Position numbers and translations under genes: made by a program
The notes under the pieces: generated by a model
Databases searched by the model: none
The model's input: only the letters and a program-made list of their open reading frames with translations
What the model was told of the DNA's origin: nothing
DNA from: Schmidtea nova
Taxonomy: Eukaryota
DNA length: 64,000 bases
NCBI GenBank assembly: GCA_044892505.1
Contig: CM097883.1
Coordinates: 158,596,001 to 158,660,000, forward strand
Reading direction: 5' to 3'
In this document: positions 1 to 12,400 of the stretch, one piece after another
Layout: every line of letters starts with the position of its first letter
How positions within the stretch are numbered: the first letter of the stretch is position 1

Positions 1-901
1 GAGTTGCCTTTCACTAACCCATTCTTCTTCGATAGTCCGGGACTAGATACAGAAGTATCCTCGAGAGGATACCGCTGTGATTCTCGTCATCCCAGTAGGG
101 AAAAGCCAGCCCACCCCCTTAGATACCAGTCTAGGAGTCTAGGAATGGTTACGACTTCTCCCCGTGCAAGAATGCTATCAACAAGACTGTCGATATCTGT
201 CTCGGTGAGCACATTGGCCCACCAAAAATGCATTAGTTTAAATTGTCAGATCTTTCACTCCGGTTGCCCAGTAGACCCTTTAATCCAGACTAATACACCA
301 CCGCATACGTCTTTTGTCCCATACTTCAATATGGTTACCTGAAGCACCCCATGGAGGCCCGTAATTGCGATTTCTCTTCATGCACTAACAGAACTATACC
401 GTCCTTAAATGTGCCAAGAGCGGTATCACTGCAAATACCCGGCCAACAAGACGTCGGCAGATGTCGGATACATTAGAGACACATTTTGGCAAAAATTTGA
501 TTGTTAGTCCCCAGCCAATTCCTGTAGCTAAAGAACACACTAAAATATCCGGGATCCCGTGAGAAGATAGCCTCCAAGGAGACGCACAAGATATTAAAAG
601 GGATATAATAGTTCACACCACGCGAGCTGAAAGCCTTTGCGGTTTAACAATACAATCAGATTAACTGATCCGAACCCTATTCTAGATTGATGCTAGTCAA
701 ATCGCAGTAAACTGCAACCCTCCATCACTGCATCTCTAGAACCAATAATTTTATTTCAGGTCCAGATAGAATTAGAACGTACTAGGTACGGAGCTAATTT
801 GCCGACTTCAATATTTTTCAGACCTCAATCTGGATGACCAGAATGATTATATCGATCGATAATAATAGTAAATGATTAAGGTTGTCTCAGAACTTGGTCT
901 A

Positions 902-1145
902 GATAAGATGTCGGTCAGATCATAGCCTAGTACGAGAGCCTGCAAAGGAATTAAACCTCGTCCAAGTAAGATGTCGGTCGAACCTAGTTGAGAATAAAAC
1001 CCGTTCATATTAGTTATTATTATGATAAGATGTCGGTCAGATCATAGCCTAGTACGAGAGCCTGCAAAGGAATTAAACCTCGTCCAAGTAAGATGTCGGT
1101 CGAACCTAGTTGAGAATAAAACCCGTTCATATTAGTTATTATTAT
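902..1145. repeat. Near-perfect 122-bp tandem duplication
   Basis: GATAAGATGTCGGTCAGATCATAGCC...CATATTAGTTATTAT begins at 902 and again at 1024; each unit also contains TAAGATGTCGGTC twice. Confidence 0.9.
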
Positions 1146-1262
1146 AAACTGATGAGGAACATAAAATGTATCAAGTTGATACCCTTCCATCAGTTTGGAT
1201 CGCCATACATTAACTATTAACATTTTGCAATGTGTCTAGATAAACCAGTTAATGAATGACTC

Positions 1263-1321
1263 GGGAATTAGTACAGTTCACCGAAGCAAACCGTTGCAGC
1301 TGGACCGCGTGCAGGTTTCCC
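1263..1321 (-). ncRNA. HDV-like self-cleaving ribozyme core
   Basis: Minus strand: P2 GGGAA / P3 ACC / L3 TGCACGC / P3' GGT / P1' CCAGCT / P1.1 GC / P4 ACGGTTTGC-TTCG-GTGAACTGT / J4/2 ACTAA (candidate catalytic C at 1271) / P2' TTCCC. Confidence 0.8.
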
Positions 1322-1381
1322 TATTAAACAACTTTGACAAAACAACCGTATTCCTACAACTCAGGCGCCCCGAAGGGTCTG

Positions 1382-1480
1382 AAGAGAGTCATAGTTACTC
1401 CCGCCGTTAACCAGAGCTTAGTTGAATTTCTTCACATTGACATTCATAGCACTGGGCAGAAATCACGTCGCGTCAAAGCC
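1382..1480 (-). rRNA. 28S: 28S (LSU) rRNA fragment, ~100 nt, divergent, just upstream of the R2 site
   Basis: Reverse complement GTGATTTCTGCCCAGTGCTATGAATGTCAATGTGAAGAAATTCAACTAAGCTCTGGTTAACGGCGGGAGTAACTATGACTCTCTT matches the conserved eukaryotic LSU segment with several substitutions. Confidence 0.92.
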
Positions 1481-2269
1481 GTTGGTTAGTAANNNNNNNN
1501 NNNNNNNNNNNNNNNNNNNNNNNNNNNNNNNNNNNNNNNNNNNNNNNNNNNNNNNNNNNNNNNNNNNNNNNNNNNNNNNNNNNNNNNNNNNNNNNNNNNN
1601 NNNNNNNNNNNNNNNNNNNNNNNNNNNNNNNNNNNNNNNNNNNNNNNNNNNNNNNNNNNNNNNNNNNNNNNNNNNNNNNNNNNNNNNNNNNNNNNNNNNN
1701 NNNNNNNNNNNNNNNNNNNNNNNNNNNNNNNNNNNNNNNNNNNNNNNNNNNNNNNNNNNNNNNNNNNNNNNNTGGTTGATGTATAGAAGTAGTTGGTTGA
1801 TGTATAGAACTAGTTGGTTAGTAAGGTATTGGTTGCTGGTTAGTTAGTTAGTTAGTTACTTGGTTAGTTAGTTACTTGGTTAGTTAGTTAGTTGGTTACT
1901 TGGTTAATGTGAAGAGATTGTTGGTTGATGTATAGAACTAGTTGGTTAGTAATGAATTGATTGCTGGTTAGTATGTATAGTTAGTTACTTGGTTGGTGAT
2001 TTGTGAATAAAGTTAGTAAGTAAGGAATTGTACTATTTGTTAACTAAGGGTATTGGTTTATTTGATATATAGGCAATAGGAAGTGATTGACACATGGAAC
2101 AATTTCCTAGTTGGTTGATGTATAGAACTAGTTGGTAACTTGTAAGTAACTAGTCGATTGTTGATTTGTGGATAGAGTCAGTTGGCATTTGATCAGTTAC
2201 TAGTCAGTGGTTGATTTGTGTGTGTAATGAGATTATTAGTTAGTTGATCGGTTTATTGCTGGTACTTAG
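1481..2269. repeat. Degenerate TTAG/TTGG-rich minisatellite spanning an N gap
   Basis: Repeated TAGTTGGTTGATGTATAGAAC, TTAGTTAGTTAG and TTACTTGG units; strongly G/T-biased plus strand. Confidence 0.8.
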
Positions 2270-3004
2270 NNNNNNNNNNNNNNNNNNNNNNNNNNNNNNN
2301 NNNNNNNNNNNNNNNNNNNNNNNNNNNNNNNNNNNNNNNNNNNNNNNNNNNNNNNNNNNNNNNNNNNNNNNNNNNNNNNNNNNNNNNNNNNNNNNNNNNN
2401 NNNNNNNNNNNNNNNNNNNNNAATTATTACGTTTATTTTTAAAAATTTATGTCATTAATTGATATTTTTTAACTTAGTATACAAAATTGTAAAAACTCTT
2501 GTTTAATAACTATTTTTATTCTAAATAAATTCAATATTTACATGTGTTTTATTTACTACATTTGATCATTTCCTTAAAAAAAACATCATATTGAAAAAAC
2601 AATTAGATTTGTATTTATTAGTTAAAAATTTTACTTGTGAAAAATATTTACTTGCGAAAAAATGTTTACTTTGTATTTATTAATTAAAAAATTTACATTG
2701 ATTTATTGTTAATAAATTTTACTTTAAAAAATTTCAAAAATAATTAATTATTCACACATTTTTCAAATATTACCTTAAAAAGTTCCTTTAAAAGCAATTC
2801 TTTTTTAAATTATGACATTAAAACTCACGTCTTTCTTAATTTACTTTTTTATTCTTAATTTACTTATAATTCTATTTATCATTAAATTCATAATTATTTT
2901 TAAAATTCTATCTTTAATTTATTTACTTTGATATTTTTCATAAATCCAGTACAAATTATTTTTTTTTTTTTTTAAATTCTAAGTTTAATTTACTTATTAT
3001 TTCC

Positions 3005-4115
3005 ATGCTTTTATTTAATGTATCATTTACTTGATAAATTCAATACAAAATAATGAGTGAATTATTTACTGAGTTTTGAAATTCGTATAGAATTTATTTA
3101 CTTTTTTATTTAATGTACCATTTTACTTGATAAATTCAATACAAAATAATGAGTGAATTATTTATTGAGTTTTGAAATTCGTATAGAATTTATTTACTTT
3201 TTTATTTAATTATCATAAATTTATTTAGATTTAATTATTTAGTTTAAAAATTTTTATTTTAAATATTTCCACGTTTTTATGTATTTTACCCTTTTTTACT
3301 GAGACTGTAATTTTACGTATAAAATTTTGATTTTTTCATGATTTTAATTTTTTGACCATTATTGTTTGCCTTTCAATTCTCAGTAGAATGGTATAAAAAT
3401 TATTGAATTCTGAGCATTTTTGATTTTTGGAATTTCCCCGAGTTGACCATTTTTACGTGTAAAAATTGGGTCGGAAAAGTCAAATTTTCATGTTTTTACT
3501 TTTTGAACCTTTTTTGTTCGCCATTCGATTCTCAGTAGATTGGTATAAAAATTATTGAATTCTGACCACTTTTTAATTTTTTGATTTTCGCCGACCAAAA
3601 TATTATTTTCAAAAATACCAGACTAAAAATCATATTCAAAATTACCAGAGTCTATTTTTGCCTGAAGAAAAATCTGGGAATTGAAAATCCTATTCAAAAT
3701 AATTTCAATGTATTTTACTAGTTTAAAAAAAAATTTACACGTGTTTTTTATTTACCATTAAAATTACAGTTCAAAATTATCAGAGTCTATTTTTGCCCTA
3801 GAAAATATCTGGGAGTTGAAAATCATATACAAAATACTTTAATGTTAATTTACTTGTTTAAAAAATTTACACGTGTTTTTATTTACCATAAAAGATTTAG
3901 TTCAAAATTACCAGAGTCTATTTTTGCCCTAGAAAAATATGGGAGTTGAAAATCCTATTCAAAATAACCAGACCAAAATCCTATACAAAAATACCAGTCC
4001 AAAATTTCGTGTATAAAAATTCCCTGTACAAAAAATCCAGAGTCCCTTTTTGACATAGAAAATCTCGGAGTAGAAATTCCTATACAAAATTACCAGAGTA
4101 AAAATCCTTTACAAA
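3005..4115. repeat. Tandem repeat region (two ~95-bp units at ~3010/3105; ~130-bp units at ~3640/3775/3905)
   Basis: CTTGATAAATTCAATACAAAATAATGAGTGAATT occurs twice; CCAGAGTCTATTTTTGCC...GTTGAAAATC occurs at least three times. Confidence 0.8.
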
Positions 4116-4248
4116 NNNNNNNNNNNNNNNNNNNNNNNNNNNNNNNNNNNNNNNNNNNNNNNNNNNNNNNNNNNNNNNNNNNNNNNNNNNNNNNNNNNNN
4201 NNNNNNNNNNNNNNNNNNNNNNNNNNNNNNNNNNNNNNNNNNNNNNNN

Positions 4249-5180
4249 TACAAATAAATTATTAAAAAATAAAATAATAAAAATTAATACAAATAAATTA
4301 ATAAAAATTAAATTAATACAAATAAATTAATACAAATAAATTATTAGAAAATAAATTAATAAAAGTAAATTAATACAAATAAATTATTAAAAAATTAATT
4401 AATAAAAATTAATACAAATAAATTAATAAAAATAAATTAATACAAATAAATTAATACAAATAAATTAATACAAATTAATACAAATAAATTAATAAAAATT
4501 AAATTAATACAAATAAATTAATACAAATAAATTATTAGAAAATAAATTAATAAAAATAAATTAATAAAAAATTAAATTAATACAAATAAATTAATACAAT
4601 TAAATTAATACAAATAAATTAATNNNNNNNNNNNNNNNNNNNNNNNNNNNNNNNNNNNNNNNNNNNNNNNNNNNNNNNNNNNNNNNNNNNNNNNNNNNNN
4701 NNNNNNNNNNNNNNNNNNNNNNNNNNNNNNNNNNNNNNNNNNNNNNNNNNNNNNNNNNNNNNNNNAATAAATTAATACAAATAAATTATTAAAAAATAAA
4801 TTAATAAAAATTAATACAAATAAATTATTTAAAAATAAATTAATAAAAAAAATTATTAAAAATAAATTATTAAAAATAAATTATTAAAAATAATTAATAA
4901 AAATTAATAAAAATAATTAAAAAATATTAAAAATAAATTATTAAAAATAAATAAAAATAAATTAAAAATAAATTAAAAATAAATAAAAATAAATAAAAAT
5001 AAAATAAAAATAAAATAAAGACTTCATTTAAACAAAATAATAAATTAAATTGACTTCATTTAAACAAAAAATTAAAATTAAAAAATTCACTTCATTTAAA
5101 CAAAATAAAAAATAAAAAATTCACTTAATTTAAACAAAATAAAAAATTTTAAAAATTCACTTCATTTAAACAAAAAAATT
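4249..5180. repeat. A/T satellite (AATACAAATAAATT-type) grading into ACTTCATTTAAACAAAA repeats
   Basis: Direct reading; almost no G on the plus strand; interrupted by an N gap. Confidence 0.9.
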
Positions 5181-5246
5181 TTTTGGGGGGGGTAAAAAAA
5201 TTTTTAGAGGGGGAGGGGGGTCTGTTCCTGTTCTTGGGCGCTCCCC

Positions 5247-6400
5247 CTACTCTACTGGTTTGGTGCACGGAGAGATTACTCCTAATCGCTGTAACCTTAT
5301 TAGTTTATCGTTAACCTTATTTTCTAAAGCTAATGGTATTGGCCTAGCCTTACAGAACATGGGCTTCGCATCGTCGATTAAATCCATAGAAGCTTTTATA
5401 CCTTTGATTGCTGGTAACACTTGAGATTCTGTTGTCTTCGTGATTTGACACTGTAAGATTCCGTGTCGTGTCTGCTGCAGTATATCCATTCCTATTAGCC
5501 CGAAGTCCTTCATAGATTGAATGACTGTGATTGTTACCGGAAGCACTTGCTTTTCCCATTCCACAGTTGTCAGAAACGAGCCGTAGCATTGCATGATATG
5601 CCCATTGTAGGCTTCAAGCTTTCTTCTTGTCTTGTCAAGCTTCGGTCTTCCCATGTCTTCCCACATCTTGGATGATATGATTGATACAGATGCGCCGGTA
5701 TTTTTTTGCATTTTCACTATCGTTGTATCTAGGAGGACAGGGTTAATGTCACTTGTAATATTATTTGAAGTGAACTAGTTGATGTATTGCGTGTCACTTT
5801 CATCGGCTGACGATGTCTGATCTGCGAATGTTCCGTGTATTGACTTTGTCGAAGATCTGCAAGCTTTCGCAAAATGATTCATTCTGTCGCAATTCGTATA
5901 CTTCTTTCCATATGCCGGGCATTTCTTTGGCTCGTGTATTCGGTCACAGTAATGACACCTTTGATTTCCTTTCTCTTCGAATTTCCTTGATGTTCCAAGG
6001 TTTGATCTCCTCTTTTTAGTGAAATTGATTTCATCGGTCGTAGAGGTAATTGTAGGTTTTGTTTCATGCTGGAGGGATATGAATGTCGATATCTCCTCAT
6101 ATGTTTGCATTTGTGCGAGGATCTCGTTGCATGTTGGAATCGCAACACTCATTTGCAACAAAATCTTTTCCTTAGCATTGATGTCAGATATTCCCGATAT
6201 CAATGCCATGAGGAGCATATCCTCGTTGGGGTCAGTTGAGTCTTTCAATTTCTTGAAGTCACAATATATAGCAGCCTTCTTAAGTCTGATATAGAAATCT
6301 GCTAATTTCTCTTTCGGTTCCTGTCTTAGCTGATAAAATCTTGCTCTCTCAGCTATTACAACTTTGCAATTCTTCCAATCTTGACGCCATTGTTATAATG
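5247..6400 (-). mobile_element. Ty3/Gypsy LTR retrotransposon remnant (gag zinc knuckles, protease, start of RT)
   Basis: CHYCDRIHEPKKCPAYGKK...NHFAKACRS gag knuckle; NTGASVSII (decayed DTGAS protease); KPMFCKARPIPLAL pol start; LTR end ...TAACA followed by PBS-like TGGCGTCAA at 6381-6393. Confidence 0.85.
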
Positions 6401-6479
6401 CACGCACAAGACTTTTCAAGATTCAAATTATATTTATTATAAAATGATTAGATATTAAAACAAAATATTAAAACGATGA

Positions 6480-6838
6480 TTAACACGATTATTGTTAATC
6501 ATCATTGACAATATTATGATAAATACAAAAATTGAATCTAATAATATTTTCTGTTAGATCTTGGATCCTTGAAAAGCAATTTATTATAAAATGCATTTTA
6601 GTCATATATTTCGCTGCAATTGAAGTCGAAATTAACGATACACTGTAAGATACTACCTACTGTTTCTGGGAAAAATCGATTTCATTCGTCTGTCCACTAA
6701 ATTTACATTAGTGAAAATATCCGTTCCCCATTTGCATTATGTGCAGGAATACTAAATATATATTCTCATATTTTGAAAAAAAAATTTAAACCGGGACGAT
6801 TGAGTATCCCGAAAACCGGGACTTCAGACAGCCCTAGT
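6480..6838 (-). mobile_element. hAT (Blackjack-like) deletion derivative
   Basis: TAGGGCTGTC terminus near 6835; internal FSIPAHNANGERIFSLM resembles the hAT dimerisation domain. Other end not located. Confidence 0.5.
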
Positions 6839-7479
6839 TATTTCTAATATAGACAAAACTTTTTTTGGCTTTTATCGGTTCCCATTTTAAATTTACCCCA
6901 GTGACTTTGCATTTATAAACCATTTGATTCATTTTAATACTAATACTCATCAGATATTGTCACAAACTCTAATTGAGTCTATACCGATTAGGTAACACAA
7001 AAATATTAGTTATTCATGCCTTTACGTTAAGTTTGTAAGATATTAAATGTTTTGATACAGTACTACAACATTTGTGATTCTTAGGTATGATTGCAAAGTC
7101 ACTAGGTTTTTCCAGGTGGGCTCGAGCTTATTAAATGGTACTTAAAGAAACTCAGTTATGATTTTCTTTAAATTGGTTTTTTATTCCATTTGCTTTATCT
7201 TCCATTGTCAAAATTAAGATTCTTTGAGAAATCGTACTAAGTGACAAATAATAACTAACATCATCACCGGATTTCTTAAAAGGGAGTTCATCGTAAATTC
7301 AACCTGGTTTGAAATCAACAAAAAATGTAAAGAATAATTGACAAAACTCCAAATCGTAGTCCCAAAATAAAATCATAGTATTAACTCAAAGCATATGTCC
7401 ATGTAATGCAATAATTATGGAAATAACAATATAACAACAACGTAAAACATAATTCTATACAAATGTGTCAAACAACATT

Positions 7480-8270
7480 TGATTGGTCGCTAAATGTTAT
7501 AGTTGTCAACCACCAATAAAATGTAATTCTCAAACTGGTGTAACTTGTGACTAAAGCGCCACAGATAAACGCACTTAACTCTAGAATAGACCGCGACTAG
7601 TTCCATATTGATATCGCAATTTACGCTTTTGCGCACACCCACAAATGAATGTCTTCGCCAAAGTTCAACAAAATACTCTGATTGGACGAAAACATCATGT
7701 TGATGGAATCCGTTGTTGATTTGCCAAACGTTATGCATCAATTACGACTATACTTCCTGGCAGAACATGCTCCATAATGATACGTTCGAAAGGCTGGGCT
7801 ACAACCTCCAACCAGCAACGACTAGATTCACATTTTAAAATGTCAACTACCCATGAACCACATCATTTGAAGACCACTACGGTACTTTCTATGGAAGAAA
7901 TAACTTTCGTTAACCTCCATGCAAACTGTTGATATCTAAACCTCTTAGTTGAAATTGGCGATGTGCAATCGGCTGCAATACTACAAGAAGTTTTTGTAGT
8001 TAACCAGAGTGTCCTAATTGTCGATCTCTTCGAATAACACGACATTTCTGTATTTCACTTCATAAACCCATTAGTACATGATAATTAAAATTCTTTGTGT
8101 ATTGGCAATGAATGATCCAATGTGTATACTGTATCGTGTTGCGCAAGACATCATCTCTATAAGTAACCGTCTGCTGATTCTACACACCATACTAAAGCCA
8201 TAGGACAATGACAATAACCACATTAATTAATTCTTCGTATCAGACGGTGCGCCGCTAATCACGCTAACTA
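7480..8270 (-). mobile_element. Merlin (IS1595/ISXO2-like) transposase pseudogene
   Basis: Frameshifted pieces EVNESYFFHRKYRSG, RIIMEHVLPGSIVVID and KRKLRYQYGTSRGLF match Merlin DDE motifs; many stops. Confidence 0.75.
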
Positions 8271-8329
8271 ATCCATGTCGTCATGCATGTTGTCGAACAG
8301 TTGTTTTGATGTTACTTTGATGTCTTACT

Positions 8330-8913
8330 TAGAGCAGGATTTACTCTTGAGGGGCCAAGGCAAAATATCCTATGGGGCCCTTTTATATTTTTTTAAACAA
8401 AAAGGTTAATTTGTTTCCTGCTGTTAGATAATTAAAATACTAATCTAATTCCGAAAATAATGTTACATTTATTCATAGAGAAAAGATATGAACATGAAGT
8501 ACTATTCATAAATAAAAAAACATTAATTTAGAAATATTTTCTTCTACATTTTTTCTCTACAAAATCTTCAACAATGAAATCCAAATCCATTTCCCGGAGA
8601 AGTTCAGATTCTATAGCCAATAATGATAAGGCATTAAGTCAGTCTTGTCCAGTGCAGCTTCTTATATGATTTTTAACACGCGATGGTGATGTTGAAAATG
8701 ATCTTGTGCTTTCGTGAAATTTTTACTTTAGAAATATATTATATTAAATATAATATAATTAAATACTTCTTTACTTATATTACAAAAATATAATAAACTG
8801 CAAATAATAAAAAGATGGAATAAGTTTGTATAATAATAATAAAAAATTTGGGGTCCCCGCCAGTCGGGGCCCTAGGCTTCAACCTTGTCAGCCTTAGGGT
8901 AAATCTAGGCCTG
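8330..8913 (-). mobile_element. Non-autonomous hAT element keeping the C-terminal dimerisation domain
   Basis: Imperfect TIRs TAGAGCAGGATTTAC / CAGGCCTAGATTTAC; internal RSFSTSPSRVKNHIRS..LNALSLLAIESELL; degenerate flanks GTCTTACT / GTCGAACC. Confidence 0.7.
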
Positions 8914-9227
8914 GTCGAACCATGACATCAGTAGTAATACGAACTGGCGATTGTGGTTTGCCAGGCATTATTATTAGTATTCTTTATGAAAAAAATATAA
9001 TAATTATAAATTATAAATTTTATGGTATTATCACTCAGTGGGGTGCGCTGCATGAAATTAGCATCACAAAGACATGTACGTTGAGTTAATATTACACTTT
9101 TAAATTGGGACCGCCATGCGAAGTTTAGCCGCATTAATTTCTGTAAAATAATGAATTTAATTGAGTGATGTTTTTGGGTTTTACGATTCTTGTTTTCAAT
9201 TCTAATAAAAAAACAAAAACAATTTAC

Positions 9228-9406
9228 TTCTCCAATGTCATTAATTGTTTGGAACCAAACATGACCGTCCTGATATTTCCTAAACCATGAAGCTGTCTTA
9301 AAGATTTGGGAAATTGGTTTGATACAAGTCTGCTGTGTTGCTATTCGGCAATATACAGGCACTGCGTCACTAATTCGTCCCCCGTTCGGATCAATCCAAT
9401 ATTCAC
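9228..9406 (-). CDS. Collagen COLFI exon ([10 protein letters not shown]...[12 protein letters not shown])
   Basis: Phase-1 acceptor at 9407, donor at 9227; conserved YWIDPN motif. Confidence 0.9.
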
Positions 9407-12400
9407 CTATTAAAATTCAGATATTAAATAAATTATTTTAAATTATAAAAAAAATTTTTAAAAATTGATTTCAGTAAAAACATTTCAATTGCATAGAACA
9501 AAAAGATTAATAAAAATCCAGGTTGATGCACTGAAGGTATAAATGACTGATAGTTTGGGCATACAATATTAAGGTTGGGGTGAATCAACTTGCATGGTTG
9601 TGATTTAAGTGGTTTTAAACTTGTAAAATATGGTCATGGGAAGAAAAGCATAAAATGAGTAAGGATTCAAAATTCAAGAAAGAAGGGATAATTTTTCTGG
9701 TAGCTGCTAGTTCAATTGGTGAAAGGTTAAAGCCTCTGGTAATTGGGAAAAGTGTAATTAAATAATTCTGAGAAATACTGATCTCAAAAGATTAAAAACA
9801 CATTATGTTGTCAAAATTCCAGCATGGGTGACAACAAGGATATTTAAACAAACACTCTCACCCTCTTAAGAGTGTTTTAAAAGTTTCAAGAATGATTTTT
9901 GCGATGCTCTGCATATCGGTTGTGCACCCCATCCCAGAAATGCTAAAATAATTTAATTAGGGATGAAAATTTATTTATGAAAAGCATATTTATTCGCATA
10001 AAGAACATTTTATAACACTTTCCAGATTTCTGTGTGCTGGGTAAAGAGAATTGCCACAAATATCTCAGTTAACCCATAATTTGAGATCTTAGAATCATGA
10101 GCATAGAATGCATTTCCCTTGATTTATTTTTGATTCGACTTTGTTTTTTGGAGTAAACACCATATTTATTTGTTAGGTATTTTTCTCTGCGTGATTTATT
10201 GCCATAGACACTTTTGAACTCAGGATGACGGCTAATGTATAAAAGACTTGCAATGGCTGTCTTCCTGTTGCTCTTTTTGTCGAATAATATCGGACAATTT
10301 GGTCCAAAAATTCCACACCTCCTTTAATTTTGTTGAAATACATGATAACTTCAGGATTTCCGTTTGTCTTATTTATTTTTGGAGATTTGTGTTGCATTGA
10401 CATGATAACCATACTTCTGTTCCTTTTGAAATTGTACTTTCCAATCGCGTGGTCTCTTTGGAAAAGAAATTCTTTGAAGCCCTCTGTACCTTTCTGAATT
10501 TGAAATTCAATAAGTAAAAACGCTTTGTTCCTTCTTACAGTTCCGACTATTGTAAGTTGCTGAGTCAGTAAAAAGTAAGTTTATGATAGGCATGTAAAGA
10601 AATTATCTGTTGCAATTTTCGGCCACATTTTAACAAAGGAGCAGCTAAATATTTGACAATATTTTTTCCTTGATTGTGTTCAATTATACCTTGGCATTTA
10701 TAAAAGGCATTATATTTTTGGCATTATAAAAGTAGACATTTGCAGAGTCACATGAAGCCCTAATTTTTATTCCATATCTAACTGGCTTGGAAGGTATGAA
10801 CATGCAAAAGCTGCATCGGCCACGAAATGTTATTAATTGCTCATCAATTCTCAAGATTTGTCTAGGAGTGTAGACGTGTTGGTAAATGTGAGTGAATTTA
10901 TCAAATACATTGCGGTTTGGTGCTATTTTGTCTTCTCTATTTCGTGTTGATACTTCATCGAAACTAGTTCTCTTAAAATCTTTCGAATACTGTCTGATGA
11001 TAAGTTTCGGAAGATAATTGAGACACCATAATCTTTCGTGAAAAATACTTCTGATTTTGCATTTTTTCTTTCATTAATCCAATTAGGAGCATAATACCAA
11101 AATACTGTCTTAGTTTATTTCTTCTCAAAAGTTTCATTGAAATATCTTTAAATTGGATATACCAATTTGTTGATTCATCAAATCTTTGAGTATATTATTT
11201 GAAAAAGTAGTTTGAAGGAATCAATTGGAGTATCAACCTTTTTCAAAACTGCATTTTTTAGTTCAGGAATATTTTTTATGATATTGTGATCCTCTAGCCA
11301 TCTTTGTACTGAAAAAAGAGTTCTAGAATATGTTTCTTCCTCTCTTGATTAACAGCAATAACTTCAATTTCACTATCAGTTGAAAAGTTTTCATTCGAAG
11401 ACTCATTATTAGGATAAGAATATATAGCTGCATTAAAAATTGAATCGTCTAGAAAAATGTTGGGTAAATATATTATATATATGAGAGATCATGTTTGGTT
11501 ACCATAACAGAGTTACCACAGCAACCAAGTAGCATCATATATGAAAAAATATGATTACAGAGTTAATATGATTAAAGAGTTAAATAAATAATTTATTTAT
11601 CAATGACCATAATATTGAATTTATAATTTGATTGAATAAATTTTTTAAATTTTAATTGTTAATTCAAATTGATGTAAAAAGTAGAGAGAATTTAATGCGA
11701 GGTTTTTAAATATAATATTTTATTAGAAAATTGCAAATATTCATTTTTAAGTTTGATTATAGACAATATCACATCACAAAACAATAAAATTTATCACACA
11801 ATCATAAATTGCAACTTGAATTATTATACAAAACAATATAAAAATCGTGGAAACAAATAGCGAATATAATCAAGTTCAAGTATGATGCTCGCAAATATAA
11901 ATATGTAATAACAATAAAATTTCTATAATTTACAGTACATCAGGTATATTGATTTGTTTTACTTACCTTTTCTAAAAGAACAGACTTGGGTACGGAAAGA
12001 ACACTAACGTGAAAACCATTGTTAGCATAATAACAATAAAGACATTTATGACTAGTGCCTGTCAATGGTCATTCTAAATAAGATGAATTGGGCTACTCAT
12101 GCGCCGTCAAAATACAAATTTCCCTAAACTGAAAACAACAACTTTGCTCTGCATCCTTTCTAATTTTTGCACACAGAGCGAGTACCCCACTAGCCTGGTC
12201 CATGTTTCTTAAGTTTGCTTTATGGATTTTAATTAATTTTAATTGACGTGTACTCGAATTTTTGAGAATCAATATTTTGTATATACTAATTTACATAAGT
12301 CAAACAATATTGATGTTTAACTTTCAGAAATTTCAGGAAGAACCTTTAAAAGAATCTTTAAAATATTAATGAGAAGTTTAAATAATAGATTTCTATCATA

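Larger units (their letters stand above)
1..1381 (-). mobile_element. 5' part of an R2-type (28S-targeting) non-LTR retroelement or non-autonomous derivative; runs off the window edge
   Basis: On the minus strand, 28S sequence ...GGCGGGAGTAACTATGACTCTCTT stops 4 nt before the canonical R2 site (TTAAGG^TAGC) and continues into non-rDNA sequence carrying an HDV-like ribozyme. No RT/ZnF ORF is visible within the window. Confidence 0.7.

Noticed and set aside
4-342. 112-aa plus-strand ORF
   Set aside because: No recognisable domain; antisense to the R2-like element.
1300-1390. Group I intron at the LSU L1925/L1926 position
   Set aside because: The insertion point coincides, but there is no internal guide sequence pairing with CUCUCU(U), no P7 core was seen, and the HDV-like fold explains the sequence.
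8928-9227. ORF read-through as the remaining COLFI domain (NAWQTTI, TDVMVR)
   Set aside because: Lies after a good GTAAAT donor, lacks C6-C8 spacing, and fits decayed Gypsy RT/integrase motifs (PKNITQL, C..C...PL) better.
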